Shown here in pieces: positions 35,450 through 47,763 of a stretch of 64,000 nucleotides of DNA; the stretch's first letter is position 1, and each line of letters opens with the position of its first letter. The notes under the pieces were generated by a model. That model was given only the letters and a program-made list of their open reading frames with translations. It did no database searches and was not told where the DNA came from. Origin of the DNA: Marsupella aquatica (Eukaryota > Plantae > Marchantiophyta); contig OZ316893.1 in assembly GCA_973895155.1 (NCBI GenBank), forward strand, positions 22,169,844 through 22,233,843, read 5' to 3'. A program made the position numbers and the translations under genes.

Positions 35450-37000
35450 TAGATTCCGAAGGTTCTGCTAGTAAAGTTCTATTGTGAGGATTTGGATGTC
35501 GCCAATCTCCTCTTGTAAGCCTCTGAGTCATGACTATCCATGGGGTTATCCATTTTCCGGTTCTTGTGTCGGTTTTACTTTTAGGGAGTTTGGGTCGTTG
35601 GATTCAACAATTCAACGACAGGGGACATTTATCTCTTGTGTTGTTTATCATAGGTTCCTTATCATTGATCACCACCAGCTAGGGTTCAACTTTATAGTCC
35701 AGAAGGGGAAGGGTTCTATCAGCAAGTGAGAATTTGTTTTCTTGGTGGAGAAGGTATGGTTTGATCGAGATCCGACTCATGGATAAAAGAATAGGTTGAG
35801 CGTTTCTGTAGCTGATTAGAGAGAGCGCCTTTGCCTCTTCCTTTTTGCATCGATTCTAAGCGTCATTCGGCCTTTGCCAGTTCAAGATACGGACTTGGGT
35901 TTCCCGGTCTCATTTTTTCCGGATATGAACAAATTTTTGGTACCCAGGACAAGGATACTTTCTGACCTTTCTGACTCTTTCATACATTTGTATTCTAACT
36001 GAGACTGTCAATCGAGCATCGATGAGAAAATATTGTTCTGCTCGTTTACTTCTGAGGACTGATTGAATATACTACATGGGGATTCCCGTCCTGGATCTGG
36101 TCCCCTGACATTTTTCGAAATGTCATCGCTGGACACGAAGTCTTTCCCCCATACAGTACTTGTTCCTAAGCTAGTTTTGGACAGGAAAGTCCGTTGCCTT
36201 GCAGCAATTGCCAATTTTGGGAAAGGCAGTTTTTTCCAAAATTTGGAGTAAATGTGAAGGAGACGGGCCAGGGCGGGGCAGGAGAGGGCTGGGCCTTCTG
36301 AAGTGACACACTTTGTCAGGTAGGACTCTCAAATGCGTGGATTGAAACTTACTCCAAAACAGCTCGAAGAAACCAATCATGCGTACTTGCAATGGTTCTG
36401 CAGGAAAATGGAGTGACCTCGAATTTCCAGCATCCACTGCAATGAGGAAGCAATGCCCTCAAGTTCATCAGTGCAACCTGTACAAAGCTTCCCAGGGTGG
36501 GCTTCCATGTCCAAAAATAGATCTTTCGGATCTTTGTGGCCCAAAACAAGATGGATTACTTTTGGTCCGGGCTCTTGTCATACATTCTTCAAGGCAACTG
36601 ACCTCTGTCCGTATTGTGACGAAGACTTGAACGCCGACTATGTATGGTTCTAAGTGTTGACACGACAGGTTGCAGGGACACCGTTCATGTCCTGGACATT
36701 CGACTTTACTAGTTTCACTTTCCATATGGGAGGTCTGCCGACATTTACTGCGACACGATGTACAACACTCTGAAGGATGCATCACACTAAATACAATCTG
36801 TTCCCAGAAATTGAGAAGGTCCACGGCTTGTGATCACGCTCAAATTGCAGTCAGTTCATGGATTTGAACCAGCTGCAGCCACTTGCGAAGCAAACGCTTG
36901 GATTGGTCTTCAGATTCTCATATCTGGAGTCAATTAAGAGTACAAGGTACAATAATGGGGGCAGTTAATGACGATCACATTGTGCAGTTGCGATTGTGGT
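35450..37000 (+). pseudogene. Highly degraded LINE ORF2 remnant
   Basis: Motif-like pieces in LINE order: RQG (~35615), LGFP (~35895), RGLGL (~36285), LCPYCDE..VWF (~36600), SIWEVCR (~36720). There are many stops and frameshifts. Confidence 0.35.
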
Positions 37001-37753
37001 TCATGGTAGTTCTTCTCCTCGTCCAGGACAGCGGTTGCCCAGTCACTTAGCTTGTAAGTGCCTTTGAAAGCTTCTGTACTCTGCTTAGCCCGGCTGAAGG
37101 AGCCATGTGGACACTTTGGATCTGTGGTGCATGGTATTAGCATAGTCTGCAGATTTGTGGTGGTACTTTACTGTCCGTCAAGCTCGGTTCAACTATCTTC
37201 GTCCCAACGAAACTTCAAAAATGTTTCAAATCAATCGCTTGCTGAGAGTTCAATCAATGGCATTTATGCAGCAGAAAGCCCATCTAATTCTCGGATGGGA
37301 TGATCCTTGGCCAGAACCTCGATTTAAAACTGAAGGTTACAAGAAGAATCGTTTGCTGGGATTGCTGAAATGAATCGAAGCTCCAGAAAAGTTCACAGGA
37401 TGTGAAAGCAACCAGCTGGTACGGCTTGGTGGCCCACGATGGACGTCAAAGTTTCCAATGGCATCACCTGCACGAAAGGCTGACCATAGCAAATCCACTG
37501 CTGCAGAGGCCAATAAATATTGACAACACAAATATACGACACTACCTCAGCAAATTATCGTTACAGATACGAGCTTGATTACCCATTCTTTGAATATCAG
37601 GAATGAATATCAGTTATGATGACAAAATCATGCATGACAAAATCGTGTATGATTCATTTGACATATTTTCCCGTCTTTCATCTTTTCTTTTCATCTGCAA
37701 ATTTTGGTGGGGCTCTAGAGTCAAGGTCTGGAGGCTTCACTCTAAAAGCCTAG

Positions 37754-38001
37754 GCTCCTACTTTATGACCCAGATGTGTTGCAAAGCTCCTACTTTATGA
37801 CCCAGATGTGTTGCAAAATTGTCAAGCTGCAATATTGATTAAAGCTGAGAAGTACCTTCGAGAGATCTTCAGCATTTAGCTCTCTAAAGTGATACGAAAA
37901 TGTAGCCCAAAGTTGTCAAGCTGCAATATTGATTAAAGCTGAGAAGTACCTTCGAGAGATCTTCAGCATTTAGCTCTCTAAAGTGATATGAAAATGTAGC
38001 C
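37754..38001. repeat. Two adjacent near-perfect tandem duplications (32 bp x2, ~94 bp x2)
   Basis: GCTCCTACTTTATGACCCAGATGTGTTGCAAA x2, then TTGTCAAGCTGCAATATTG...GAAAATGTAGCC x2. Confidence 0.9.
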
Positions 38002-38763
38002 GTATCCCAATTTCATCCTTATACCCCAATTTCAGTACATAAAATTAGTCTTCCTAGTATGGTTATTGTGTTGCCACATTCTTCCATTCCTGGTTGAGTA
38101 ACATAAAATCTGGGTAGCATGGAGTGATCCAACCGTCAGGGTTGTGCCAGTTTTCATCATCTGACAAATGTCACTATCCTCAAAATTAACCTCAACACAC
38201 TATACAGGGCCTCCTTCACGCAAACAGTATATTAGTGGTTCACGGGTCCAACTCTAATTGGTCCACATATATACATATATGATATTATGTTTCTAATTTT
38301 TGCTATGCTAACCTAGTGTAAATGTATGGGGAGAGGATTTGGGGCATGGGTAGGGGTGTGGGTTAGATGGGAAGCACAGGATCTAATTCCTGTATGCTCC
38401 CCCCCCCACCCCCGGCCCCCGGCACAGTCGATCTTGCCCATCCAACGGGAGGGCATTTAGGGCCAGATTGGAATAATGAACATCATGTACAGAAATTACT
38501 CACGCGCCAACAATGGCAATGACAAAGGTTTGTGCCAACATATCCAGTGAAAGAGTTCATCATAACACGGACACAATGCTCATTGTTTAGACTCAAAACA
38601 ATTATTTTCTCATCCTTTATTGGGTCCAATGATGATTCATTTTTGCACTTACTTGTAGAGGTGTCAGCACTTGTAGAAGAAAGGTGCTTGTTATCATTTG
38701 CTTCTTACAGTCTTTCTCCTGATTGTCACTTACTTCATGTAGGTGAAAATAGTGTTAGCACAA

Positions 38764-38840
38764 AATTAATGTGACTAACACTAATTCGAGAGTAGACCCT
38801 GAAAATTGGCGCTCTTGAATTAGTGTTAGTCACACTAATT
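38764..38840. repeat. Inverted repeat (29-bp arms, 19-nt loop)
   Basis: AATTAATGTGACTAACACTAATTCGAGAG / CTCTTGAATTAGTGTTAGTCACACTAATT, 2 mismatches. Confidence 0.85.
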
Positions 38841-39753
38841 ACGGTGGTCAACCAGTGTATATCAATTAGCCGTGTTTACTTTTTTTTCCCTCCCCCATGC
38901 CACTCCACCACACTTTTTTCTTTTTTCTCCCCGCTCCTTTTTCTTCTGATTGGGTTGATGAGGGTCAATGGAAACCATGAAAACTCAAATCAAACACTTG
39001 ACAAACTTACAGTACTGTCAGGTCAATGTGGCACCGTCAGGGTTAATCATCAACACTAGAAAATTGAAAGTCATCATCATCTGATCATGTAGAAATTCAA
39101 TGGCTTATTCGTGTAATTATTTTTCTTACCCTGTTATTTGTTGCTATGTGCATTTTTTCTGCAATTTTGCATCTTACTGTTTTTTGTCGCCTTGAGAAAC
39201 ACACAGTTGTGTTTGTGTGTTGCCGCAAACATAGACATCTATGTTTGTGATGAAAATTGTTGACGTGATCGAAGGTGAAACTAGAGAATTTGCAAGCACT
39301 TCTCATGGGCAGTGTATTTTTTAAGTATTTCACTTTTTAGCCAGAGTGGTGAATGTAAAGTGTCTGAGGGAGAAGATGCTCAGAAGATTCCCTATTCATT
39401 TATTTTCCGGACCTTCAGATCTCCTTAGACTTAAGGTTGACTGTTAAATTCTGGCTAATGGGGCCTGGGATTAGGTGGAACACTGGCTAATCTGACAGCA
39501 AAATAGTAGCTAATTTTTGTCAAAAGTGACAGAAGATTTTTTTGGGAGGTGGAATCTAGCAAATTTTTGCCACTAAAAAAAACACTGCTAATGGGGCCCA
39601 GTAATAGAGGTGGCTATATTCACGGATAGCCACTGCAACACATAGCCACGGCCGATATGAGAAACGAGGCGCTCTGAGAATGAGGAGATATCACAAGTGT
39701 TTCTCTATAAACTTCAAACTTCAAGGGTATTTAGATAATTTGGTAACTTACAA

Positions 39754-39780
39754 GGTTTAGGGTTTAGGGTTTAGGGTTTA
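39754..39780 (+). repeat. Interstitial plant telomeric repeat (TTTAGGG)x3.5
   Basis: GGTTTAGGGTTTAGGGTTTAGGGTTTA. Confidence 0.85.
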
Positions 39781-40697
39781 TTTGTGATTTTCCCCTTAAA
39801 AATATTTCCGGACCCCACTAGAGGTCCCTTCCAAAATTCCTGGCACCACAGCGTGCCACGTCAACAACAACCGCAACAAACAAGACTCGTCGGTTTTGTG
39901 AATCAAATTTATAGTTTTCATTCGTGTTTGTGTCAATTTGGGTGTAAATTTTGGGACGCCATGTCGTAAAAAGAAAAGTAAAAACATTGGAAATGCAAAG
40001 AGCAAGACGGTTAAAACTGTCACTATGTACCCATTTTAGTTACATTTCCAATTTTAAAACTTAAATTCAAAGATTTATAATGAGTATTTTTCATATAATA
40101 AATAATGACTAATAACTAACTTGATAACTTCCTTGTTAAACCGCAACTCCCCGTATGTAAGGATCTCTCGTATTGTATGGCCATTAATGCTGGGAAGAGC
40201 ACATATAAACCCAGGACCGGGGAGGAGGAATGGCTGGAATCTTGAAAGTTCATCGAATTTTATACTCAAAACTATTTACTCATTCTCAAAACAAAAAATA
40301 CTCACTCGTAGATCTCATTGAGATCTTTCTTTTGCACCCTAGATTGCCTTCTAACATGGATGAATAAGATTTCTAGAGGCATTACAAAATGGACGGCAAA
40401 GATCGTAAAATCAACAAAATCGACGACTAGGAAGGCTTGGATTTGTTTAATTTTTCATTTGAAAAATATTAACCCATTTGCAAAACGAACAGAACCCATC
40501 CATAGATCTATTTGAGATTTTTCTTTTGAGCCATAGATTGGCTATTATGATGGACATACAAGATTTTAGGAGATAAGAAATGGAAACGGCTCAGATCGAC
40601 TCTTCCCCCTGATTTTATTAACCAAAGGGTCCACAAACTAATTAAATGTACTGGTTCTCCGTATCGATGGGGAGGGGGAAGACCCAAACCTCGTCAG

Positions 40698-41145
40698 CCG
40701 GCCTGCCCGTCCATTAGCCCTGGCCGTGTCATTCTGACCCCAAATCTCCTCAGATGGACCTGCCCGCCCCCTTAAAACAAGGAAGGCCCTCTCACCAGTG
40801 CCCCTTTGGAAAGGGGAAGACCCGAAGACCCCGAAGTCTCTGCGAGGCGGCCTGCCCGACCCTTAAAACTAAGAACGCCCTCGCCGTACCTGACCGTCCC
40901 TTCAGAAGAAGGAACTCTGCCCCTCTCACCTCTTTGGGGCGGAGATGACCGCTCAAGCCTCTGCGGCCGGCCTGCCCGTCCCTTAAAATAGAGAACACCC
41001 TCTAGTTATTACCTCTTTGTGGGGGAAGACCCCCAAAGTCTGCCCGTCCCTTAATTAATTAAGAAAGAACGCCCTCGCTGTATCTGACCCCAAATCGCGT
41101 CAGGCCGGCGTGCCCGTCCCTTACCTAAAGAACGCCCTGTCCTTT
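40698..41145 (+). promoter_or_regulatory. Array of ~6-7 CTGCCCGTCCCTTA...AGAACGCCCT motifs directly upstream of the ribophorin I gene
   Basis: Motif copies near 40701, 40759, 40850, 40890, 40970, 41040 and 41110. A regulatory role is inferred from position only. Confidence 0.45.
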
Positions 41146-41337
41146 ACGAGGGACTCCAACGACGGCACGCTTCGAAAAATGAAGCGCAACGAATGAAGGA
41201 AAGAAGGGGAAGAAGAAGAGTCGCTTTTTTGGGTCTGGTGCGGTCTTCTTGCTTGCTGCTCTTCTTTCAGTCGGTCGCCGAGGGAGACTCGGCAGAAGAA
41301 GAAGACGAAGGAAGGTCACACTCTTCCGGCAGCCGCG

Positions 41338-44300
41338 ATGGCGATATCCTTGCAGCAATCTGTTTTCTGTGTGCTCTCGTTGCTCCTCTTTTCAGCATCA
41401 ATCTGCACCGCATTGCCGAATCTACAAATCCTGAAAGCCGATCGAAAGGTACTCCTGGCCCCAATCTGCGTGCCTCCTCTTGGTCTGCATCTCTCTGTCT
41501 ATGTTTAAGTTTTTTTCATGGTGGTGAAGTTCCTGGGATGCTGGTTCTTGCTTTGCTTGCATCGGAGGAGGTGGGCTCTTTGCAAAATTACCATTGCCAG
41601 AGCTCACTCCAGTTTATGAAGCACAGACCAGAGCTTTGGTGCCTCGAAAAGTCTAGCTGTTTGTGTGCTTTCTGGGTCAGTGGCACACTCGTATGAACAG
41701 CGCTAGCGTCCTGCTTTGATGTCGACGACTTCATGAAAAGAGAGGTGTTGAACTTCTTTTTGGCTGCATAGTGTGCATTGGGTATGGATCTAGAAGTGAG
41801 TGGCTGTTGGGTTGGGCGTTAACAGCTTCAGTAGTATGATCAACACCGGGCCTTCTCTTGTGGATCTTATAGAGACCTTATTCTTTACCTACTTGGATGG
41901 ATCATTGAAACTGATGCAGCTGCGTTTGTCCAACTATGCTTGTTTCCTGTACAATTGAATAGCTTCTGCTGGCTCTGCAATCAAGCATCTGTTCATGTGA
42001 CGTGACTCATCTCTCTCTTTCTGTTTTTTGTGCGGCAGATTGACCTCACTTCGCAGATTGTAAGGATCGCGACTGTGATTAGGGTAAGCATTCTGATCTG
42101 TAATTGGGTAGTTGAATTAAGTTGGAGGAGGAGAGGACTGGGGGAAGATCATTTGGATCCCTTCTCATTCAAATGAATTCTAGGTTTTTTTCCTTTAATG
42201 AGTAACACATTTGCATACAATTTGCCGGCAGACGGGAGAAGTTTCTTACCTTCCGTGATGAAGAATTCCATTCTGGGGATTTTATGTTTTGAAGAAGTAG
42301 AAAGAAGGAGCTCTGCTCTGAATGGTATGGTCGACCACATGCTAAAAAATATTGTCCATTGATTTCTATCTGGGCAGGTTGAAAATGCCGGTCCTGATGT
42401 TGCTGAGGAGGTTTTATTGGCATTTAGCAAAGACGCGGAGAAAAATCTGGCCTACTTGAGGGTCACGTCAGCTGAAGGGAGAGGAAAGACGAAAGGCCAT
42501 GTACTACTCTCAGCCGTCCCTTCGGAGGTTGAATCCCCAGCGAATGTCTCATACTACTCCATCCGCTTGGATAAACCCTTGAAAAGGGACGGTGCAGTGA
42601 ACATTGAAATTTATGCAGCTTATACAGATCTTCTGAAACCCTTCCCAGAGGAGATTTCGCAGTCAGATGTACAGCTGGTCCTTTACCATGACAGTGCCTA
42701 TTTGTTGTCCCCTTATCCTGTGAAAATGCAATCAGCTTCACTGAAAGTTCCATCGTATCGTGTGGAATCGTTCACTAATGTGGAGGGAGGCAAGCATTCT
42801 GATGGAGAAATCCGATATGGTCCCTATGAGAACGTGGCTGCACTTTCGTATCTTCCCGTCACGGTCCATTTCGAAAATAATTCTCCATTTGCTGTCGCAA
42901 AGACCCTGGAGCGTGAAATTGAGATTTCTCACTGGGGCAGCATATATATAACAGAAAAATATGACGTAAAACATGCCGGTGCACGACACAAAGGCGTCTT
43001 TTCCAGGTCAGCCAGTCTCTTCATTCTGTTGTTTCCAGCTCTCTTCGGTTTTCTTTTTGAACAAAGAATGTCTGAAGGGAACTGGGCCTTTGAACCACTT
43101 TTTGCTAGACAATGATACGCTAATCACAGTTCCGCTTGGACGACTTTCTGCTCGTTGGAGCACTTCTCTTTTTCCCAGCAGCATTTTCAAAATTTTCTAC
43201 GTCAGAGGGATAGGTTATGATTGAACCTGTGCTGTTACCAGATTTGATTATCAATCCAAGCCTGGAGCAGTTGGTGTCTCTTCATTTCGGCAGCTTCGAG
43301 CCACGTTGCCCCCACGAGTCCATTCTGTATATTACAGGGACGAGATTGGAAACATCTCAACATCTCACCTGCGAACTGATTTACGGAAGGTATCTGTTAC
43401 TTGATTTGGTCTAAGCTTGTTGAATCTGCACCTTTTTTCTGAGATATCCTTGGACGGGTCCCAGCTTTCCAAAAGCACAAGGGCAGGGCAGTTCGTTTAT
43501 TGAGCATTTGGCAATAACCGAAAGCTTAGCTGAACGAAGTTTCAGTCTTAAGATTCTAGGGGGTGGAATCATAAATTCCGACTTTACTTTCAAAGACTAA
43601 TATTGGCATAATTTCTTGATGTTATCTTAGGCTAGTAGAAGGCTCTATGGTTTCCTTACTCTGCTGTTTGGAAAATGCAGTCTGAGCTGGAGCTGGAACC
43701 ACGATACCCTCTCTTTGGAGGATGGGAGGTCACCTTCACGATAGGTTACGGAGTACCACTAGAGGACTTCGTGTTCAAGACAGAGGATGGATTACGGTAT
43801 CTTAATATGTCATTTACCTCTCCGTTTGCGGGTCTTGTTGTGGAGGAACTTACAGTGAAGGTAAGCTTAGTGGGTAAGCTTGAGATTTGCAGTTTTCTGT
43901 TTCCGACTGATTGCATATTCTCGTGGCAGAGGGAGAGGCCTGCTTTTATTACCAGATACGTACTGAGAGGTTTTGATGTGTCGAGCAGGTAGTCTTACCT
44001 GAAGGCTCTCGGGCAAAGTCCACTTATATCCCTTTCATTGTGGACGAAGACGAAGAGGTATGTGAGATTAGACCTCGACTGCCACGATTTCTTCAAACAA
44101 AGAATCGGTTCATTTGCGTTTTTCTCTCTGTGCAAGTGTTCAACGGCCTTATTGTCATTATAGGGTACAATAGAGCTTGTAGATCTACTATTTTGTTTGA
44201 ATCTTGCAAGTGGATTTTAGACTTGGTTTATTGGATGTCATTGTCTCTGGGACATTCAACTCATTGGCATTGTTTCGTCGTCATCTCTAGAGAGTAAGTG

Positions 44301-45590
44301 ATGGGTCTAGTACTTGGCGATGACTGATGGCTTCAATTTTGAAATGGTTGACAGACAAAGTACACTTACTTGGACACTGTGGGACGCCCAGTTGTTGTGC
44401 TTAGAAAGAAGAACGTGATTCCAGAACATAATGTATACTTCCAGGTATGGGTGGTCTGACCCATTATGGTCTTGCTCGTTATAGATGTACTTCGCGACTC
44501 ATGACATGTGATTTGCAATTGAATCATTCAACTAGCTAATTTGGTCGTTGTGGATTATTTTCAGGTGGTATACAAGTTTGCTACCGCGGCAATGTTTGCT
44601 GAGCCATTAATGCTTGTTGCCGGCTTCTTTGCCTTCTTTGCGGCATCTATTGCCTACATACATTTGGATTTCTCCATCTCAAAGTCATCTGCTTCATACC
44701 AGGCCAGGGCACAACGGGAAGAGGTGGGATGTTAACTTCTGGACATCTTACTACGTTGCACCTCTTGTTCCGTTCCTGAAGTCCTTATATGAACCAGTAG
44801 GGCAACCGGTCTTAGTATGGGCAAGATGCGCAAGCGACGGGATGCGAAACATGATTATCTGTATAAATCAGAAATTTGAGGTTTATTCCTAGTTCACATT
44901 TGGGCTTCGCACTGCTGTTATCTTGTTAAATTATAATAACAAGTTTTTCCTCGATGATCTGCAGGTTCAAAATGCAGTCCAGCGCTTGCAGAAGATTTTT
45001 GGTGCCCGAGCAGCTGTGAGCGAAAAGCTTGAATCATCTCTCCGTGATCTAGCTCGAACAGGAGATGTAGCTGCTGCCAAGGCTGTGCGGAAGACTGCCG
45101 ATGCGTCGCTGAAGGAGACAGCGAAAGAGCTCAAAGCTGCTTATGATTCATTGCCTGCTTCCTCACGTTCAACTGTCCTCGCAAAGGTTAGATGATTCAG
45201 CTTTACTTTTCCTTGTCAAAAACGTGTTGAGTTTTCTTCATTTACTTATTCGTTTCACTAGCATCACACATGGGAGCTAGTGATTATGTATCTGGCAACA
45301 TAAATAATCTGGGAGCTAGTGATGTTTTTCACATGAGTAAGATGCAAGAGGTGCAATCACCCCTGCGATTGTCTGGTAACTCATTGCTTGGAATTGTTCA
45401 GGTTGACACTTTGATTCAAAAGGAGCGTGAAAAGCAAGAGAAACTCCAACAAAAGCATACAGTAACGGTGGAAGCTTATGAAAAGAAAATGAGCAGCAAA
45501 GATATTGACAGCCGAATTGCTCCATACCAGCAGAAGCTGACAGTTTTGAAACAGGAAGTCACCGAGCTCCTCCACTTGCTGGATGACTAG
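41338..45590 (+). CDS. RPN1: Ribophorin I (oligosaccharyltransferase subunit 1), 10 exons
   Basis: Exons 41338-41448, 42039-42083, 42378-43006, 43242-43389, 43681-43860, 43989-44057, 44355-44444, 44565-44723, 44965-45186, 45402-45590, all GT-AG. Shows a signal peptide, IDLTSQIVR, YGPYENV, REIEISHWG, YYRDEIGNISTS, PRYPLFGGW, YTYLDTVGRP, a TM helix EPLMLVAGFF and a coiled-coil tail. Confidence 0.95.
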
Positions 45591-47763
45591 CGTAGATCAC
45601 TTTTCTAGCTTCTACATTGACCAGAACGACCACGGAAGAAATCTTGGCCAAGAACTTGTGGCTCAGTTTTGATTAGAATCCAGAGGCCAGTGCAGAGTGA
45701 GTAGTTTAACAGTACCGAAGGAGTCCTGAGTTGAGTGCAGTGCAGCAGTAGTTCAGCAATACCGCCAGGGTGGTTATACGTCCCTGATCCTGCGGTACGA
45801 GACTCTATGGTGGGTGGCAAAGTGGTTTTGATAGGTTGTCCAAGAGAGTCTGTCGCGTGAGGGTGGAAACCAAGGTGCAGAGGAGTGTTCTGATCTGTAT
45901 AATGTCAGTCGTATGACTATAAGAGAGTTATAATTCAATGTGACTTCCTACATTACGCTTTCTGAAGCTATTATTGACGGATGGTAGAGGTGCAGACCTG
46001 CACTTTCGTTTGGCTGAAATGCAGCTGTTTTATTCTTGGGGGAGAGTTTCCACTTCTTTGGTTTGCAGCCTTTCTCCAAGGATTGGACACATGTTTCTTA
46101 CCGTTTTCCAGAAGTTGATGTTAAGGACAACTTGGAAGACAATCACATTCCAGTGCCAGAACAATGCTGAAGCCTAAGTTACTTTGATACATAAAACAGT
46201 CTTCACGAGGAACAGGAAAAATCTTATTCCATTGCGAAAATGGTGTTGAAGGTGTGGAAAGACAACACAATCGTTCTGGTGTCAACTGTTTCCACGCATG
46301 CTGGAGCTCTCAAGGTAGTAGAGAAGCCTGAGGTAACAAGGTGTTTTGCAGGGTTTGAGTGGAGGCATATCTCATAGCAAACTATGCAATGGACAAATTG
46401 AGCAACTAGACATCTAAAGAATACATCAGCAACTTAAAACGTCACATGAACATAGTGAGTAAATCATGTTTATTGATCCCAAATGCAAGAAAGTCAATAT
46501 AAATGTGTGCAAAAATGGTCATCAGAAGAGATTCCGACCTTTATTAACATCCGCGGGTGAGCAAAGTGCTCTGTTGGAGAACATCTATCTTCCTCCAAAT
46601 TCATAGTGATTTTATCGAGGTATGTCAAAAACTGATTAAGGCGAGGGACTCTATGCACCAAACTCCGCAGAGTGTTTTATTGCCAGCTGATTTACTCTGA
46701 TGAACACAGGATCTATTGACCAAAGTACTTGCTCTGATCAAGGTTAAAAGGCTGAAAGAATTGTCGAACAGCGTCTATTTGAAGACTTATTTCTAAGACC
46801 TAAAATCGTATCTGCAGTAGGTCCCCAATGAATCTCAGGGATCAAGCACTCTAATCCTGCGCAAATTTTGTATGAAATAAATTGTTCGTTGAATGTACAC
46901 CTACAATAAAAAATAGTTGTCATAGCAAGGGAAAATAGGTCTGGTCCTCGTTATACTGCAAATGTTCTTTTGCAGTATGAGTGGAATGTCTACATTTCCT
47001 ACATTGCGCATATCACGTTGAGGTGAGGTACCCCGTACAAAACCCTTCAAAAACTGGTCACTCCTGATAATTGCTCCCACTGGCTATTGATCTCAACCCG
47101 TTTCCCAGACAGAGCTCTTCATAATCCGTTTCCTACAAAGAGCTCTTCAGAATTATCCCCAGCTTATGTTTGACCATCGTCATGCAATGGAGCTGCCTAG
47201 GCAAATCTGATGAAAGCCGTCTTGTGTAGTCCTCATTGACAGAATAAATTCTCTAACACTACAGCTGCTCCTACGGGACTCACGAGCACTACGAGAATGA
47301 ACTTTGTTGTAGACATGCGCGCACCCTACACATCTAGACAGCGTGTGTTGACGTAGGTTTGGAAGAAATTCTTACACAAACCTTTGCTTGATAAGGACAG
47401 CTATTTCTTGATGTGGTTTCTATACCTATGAAAGAAATGCCGGTATCGACGGCTTAGTTGGCGCAAAGCAGAGCTTCAACTTGACAAATACGAGCTAGAA
47501 GAACGATTTTCTGGAGGTAACTGAATTTGTGATAGGAGTAGAATGAATGGAATTCAGTTTGAGGTGCCTAGAACTCGGGAAGCAGTGGCACCTTGGTTCA
47601 TGCTATGTCATTTCTACGACTACAGTCATCTAATTATTGAGCTTCCCGTATCCGCAATTGGGTCTTCTGGTCTGAGTCAGACAGGAGTTTCTAACGAGAT
47701 TGAAGCACTATCTATCAATGGGTCGAAGAGGAAAGGACATGGAAGGTGGAGAAGAGACGACAT

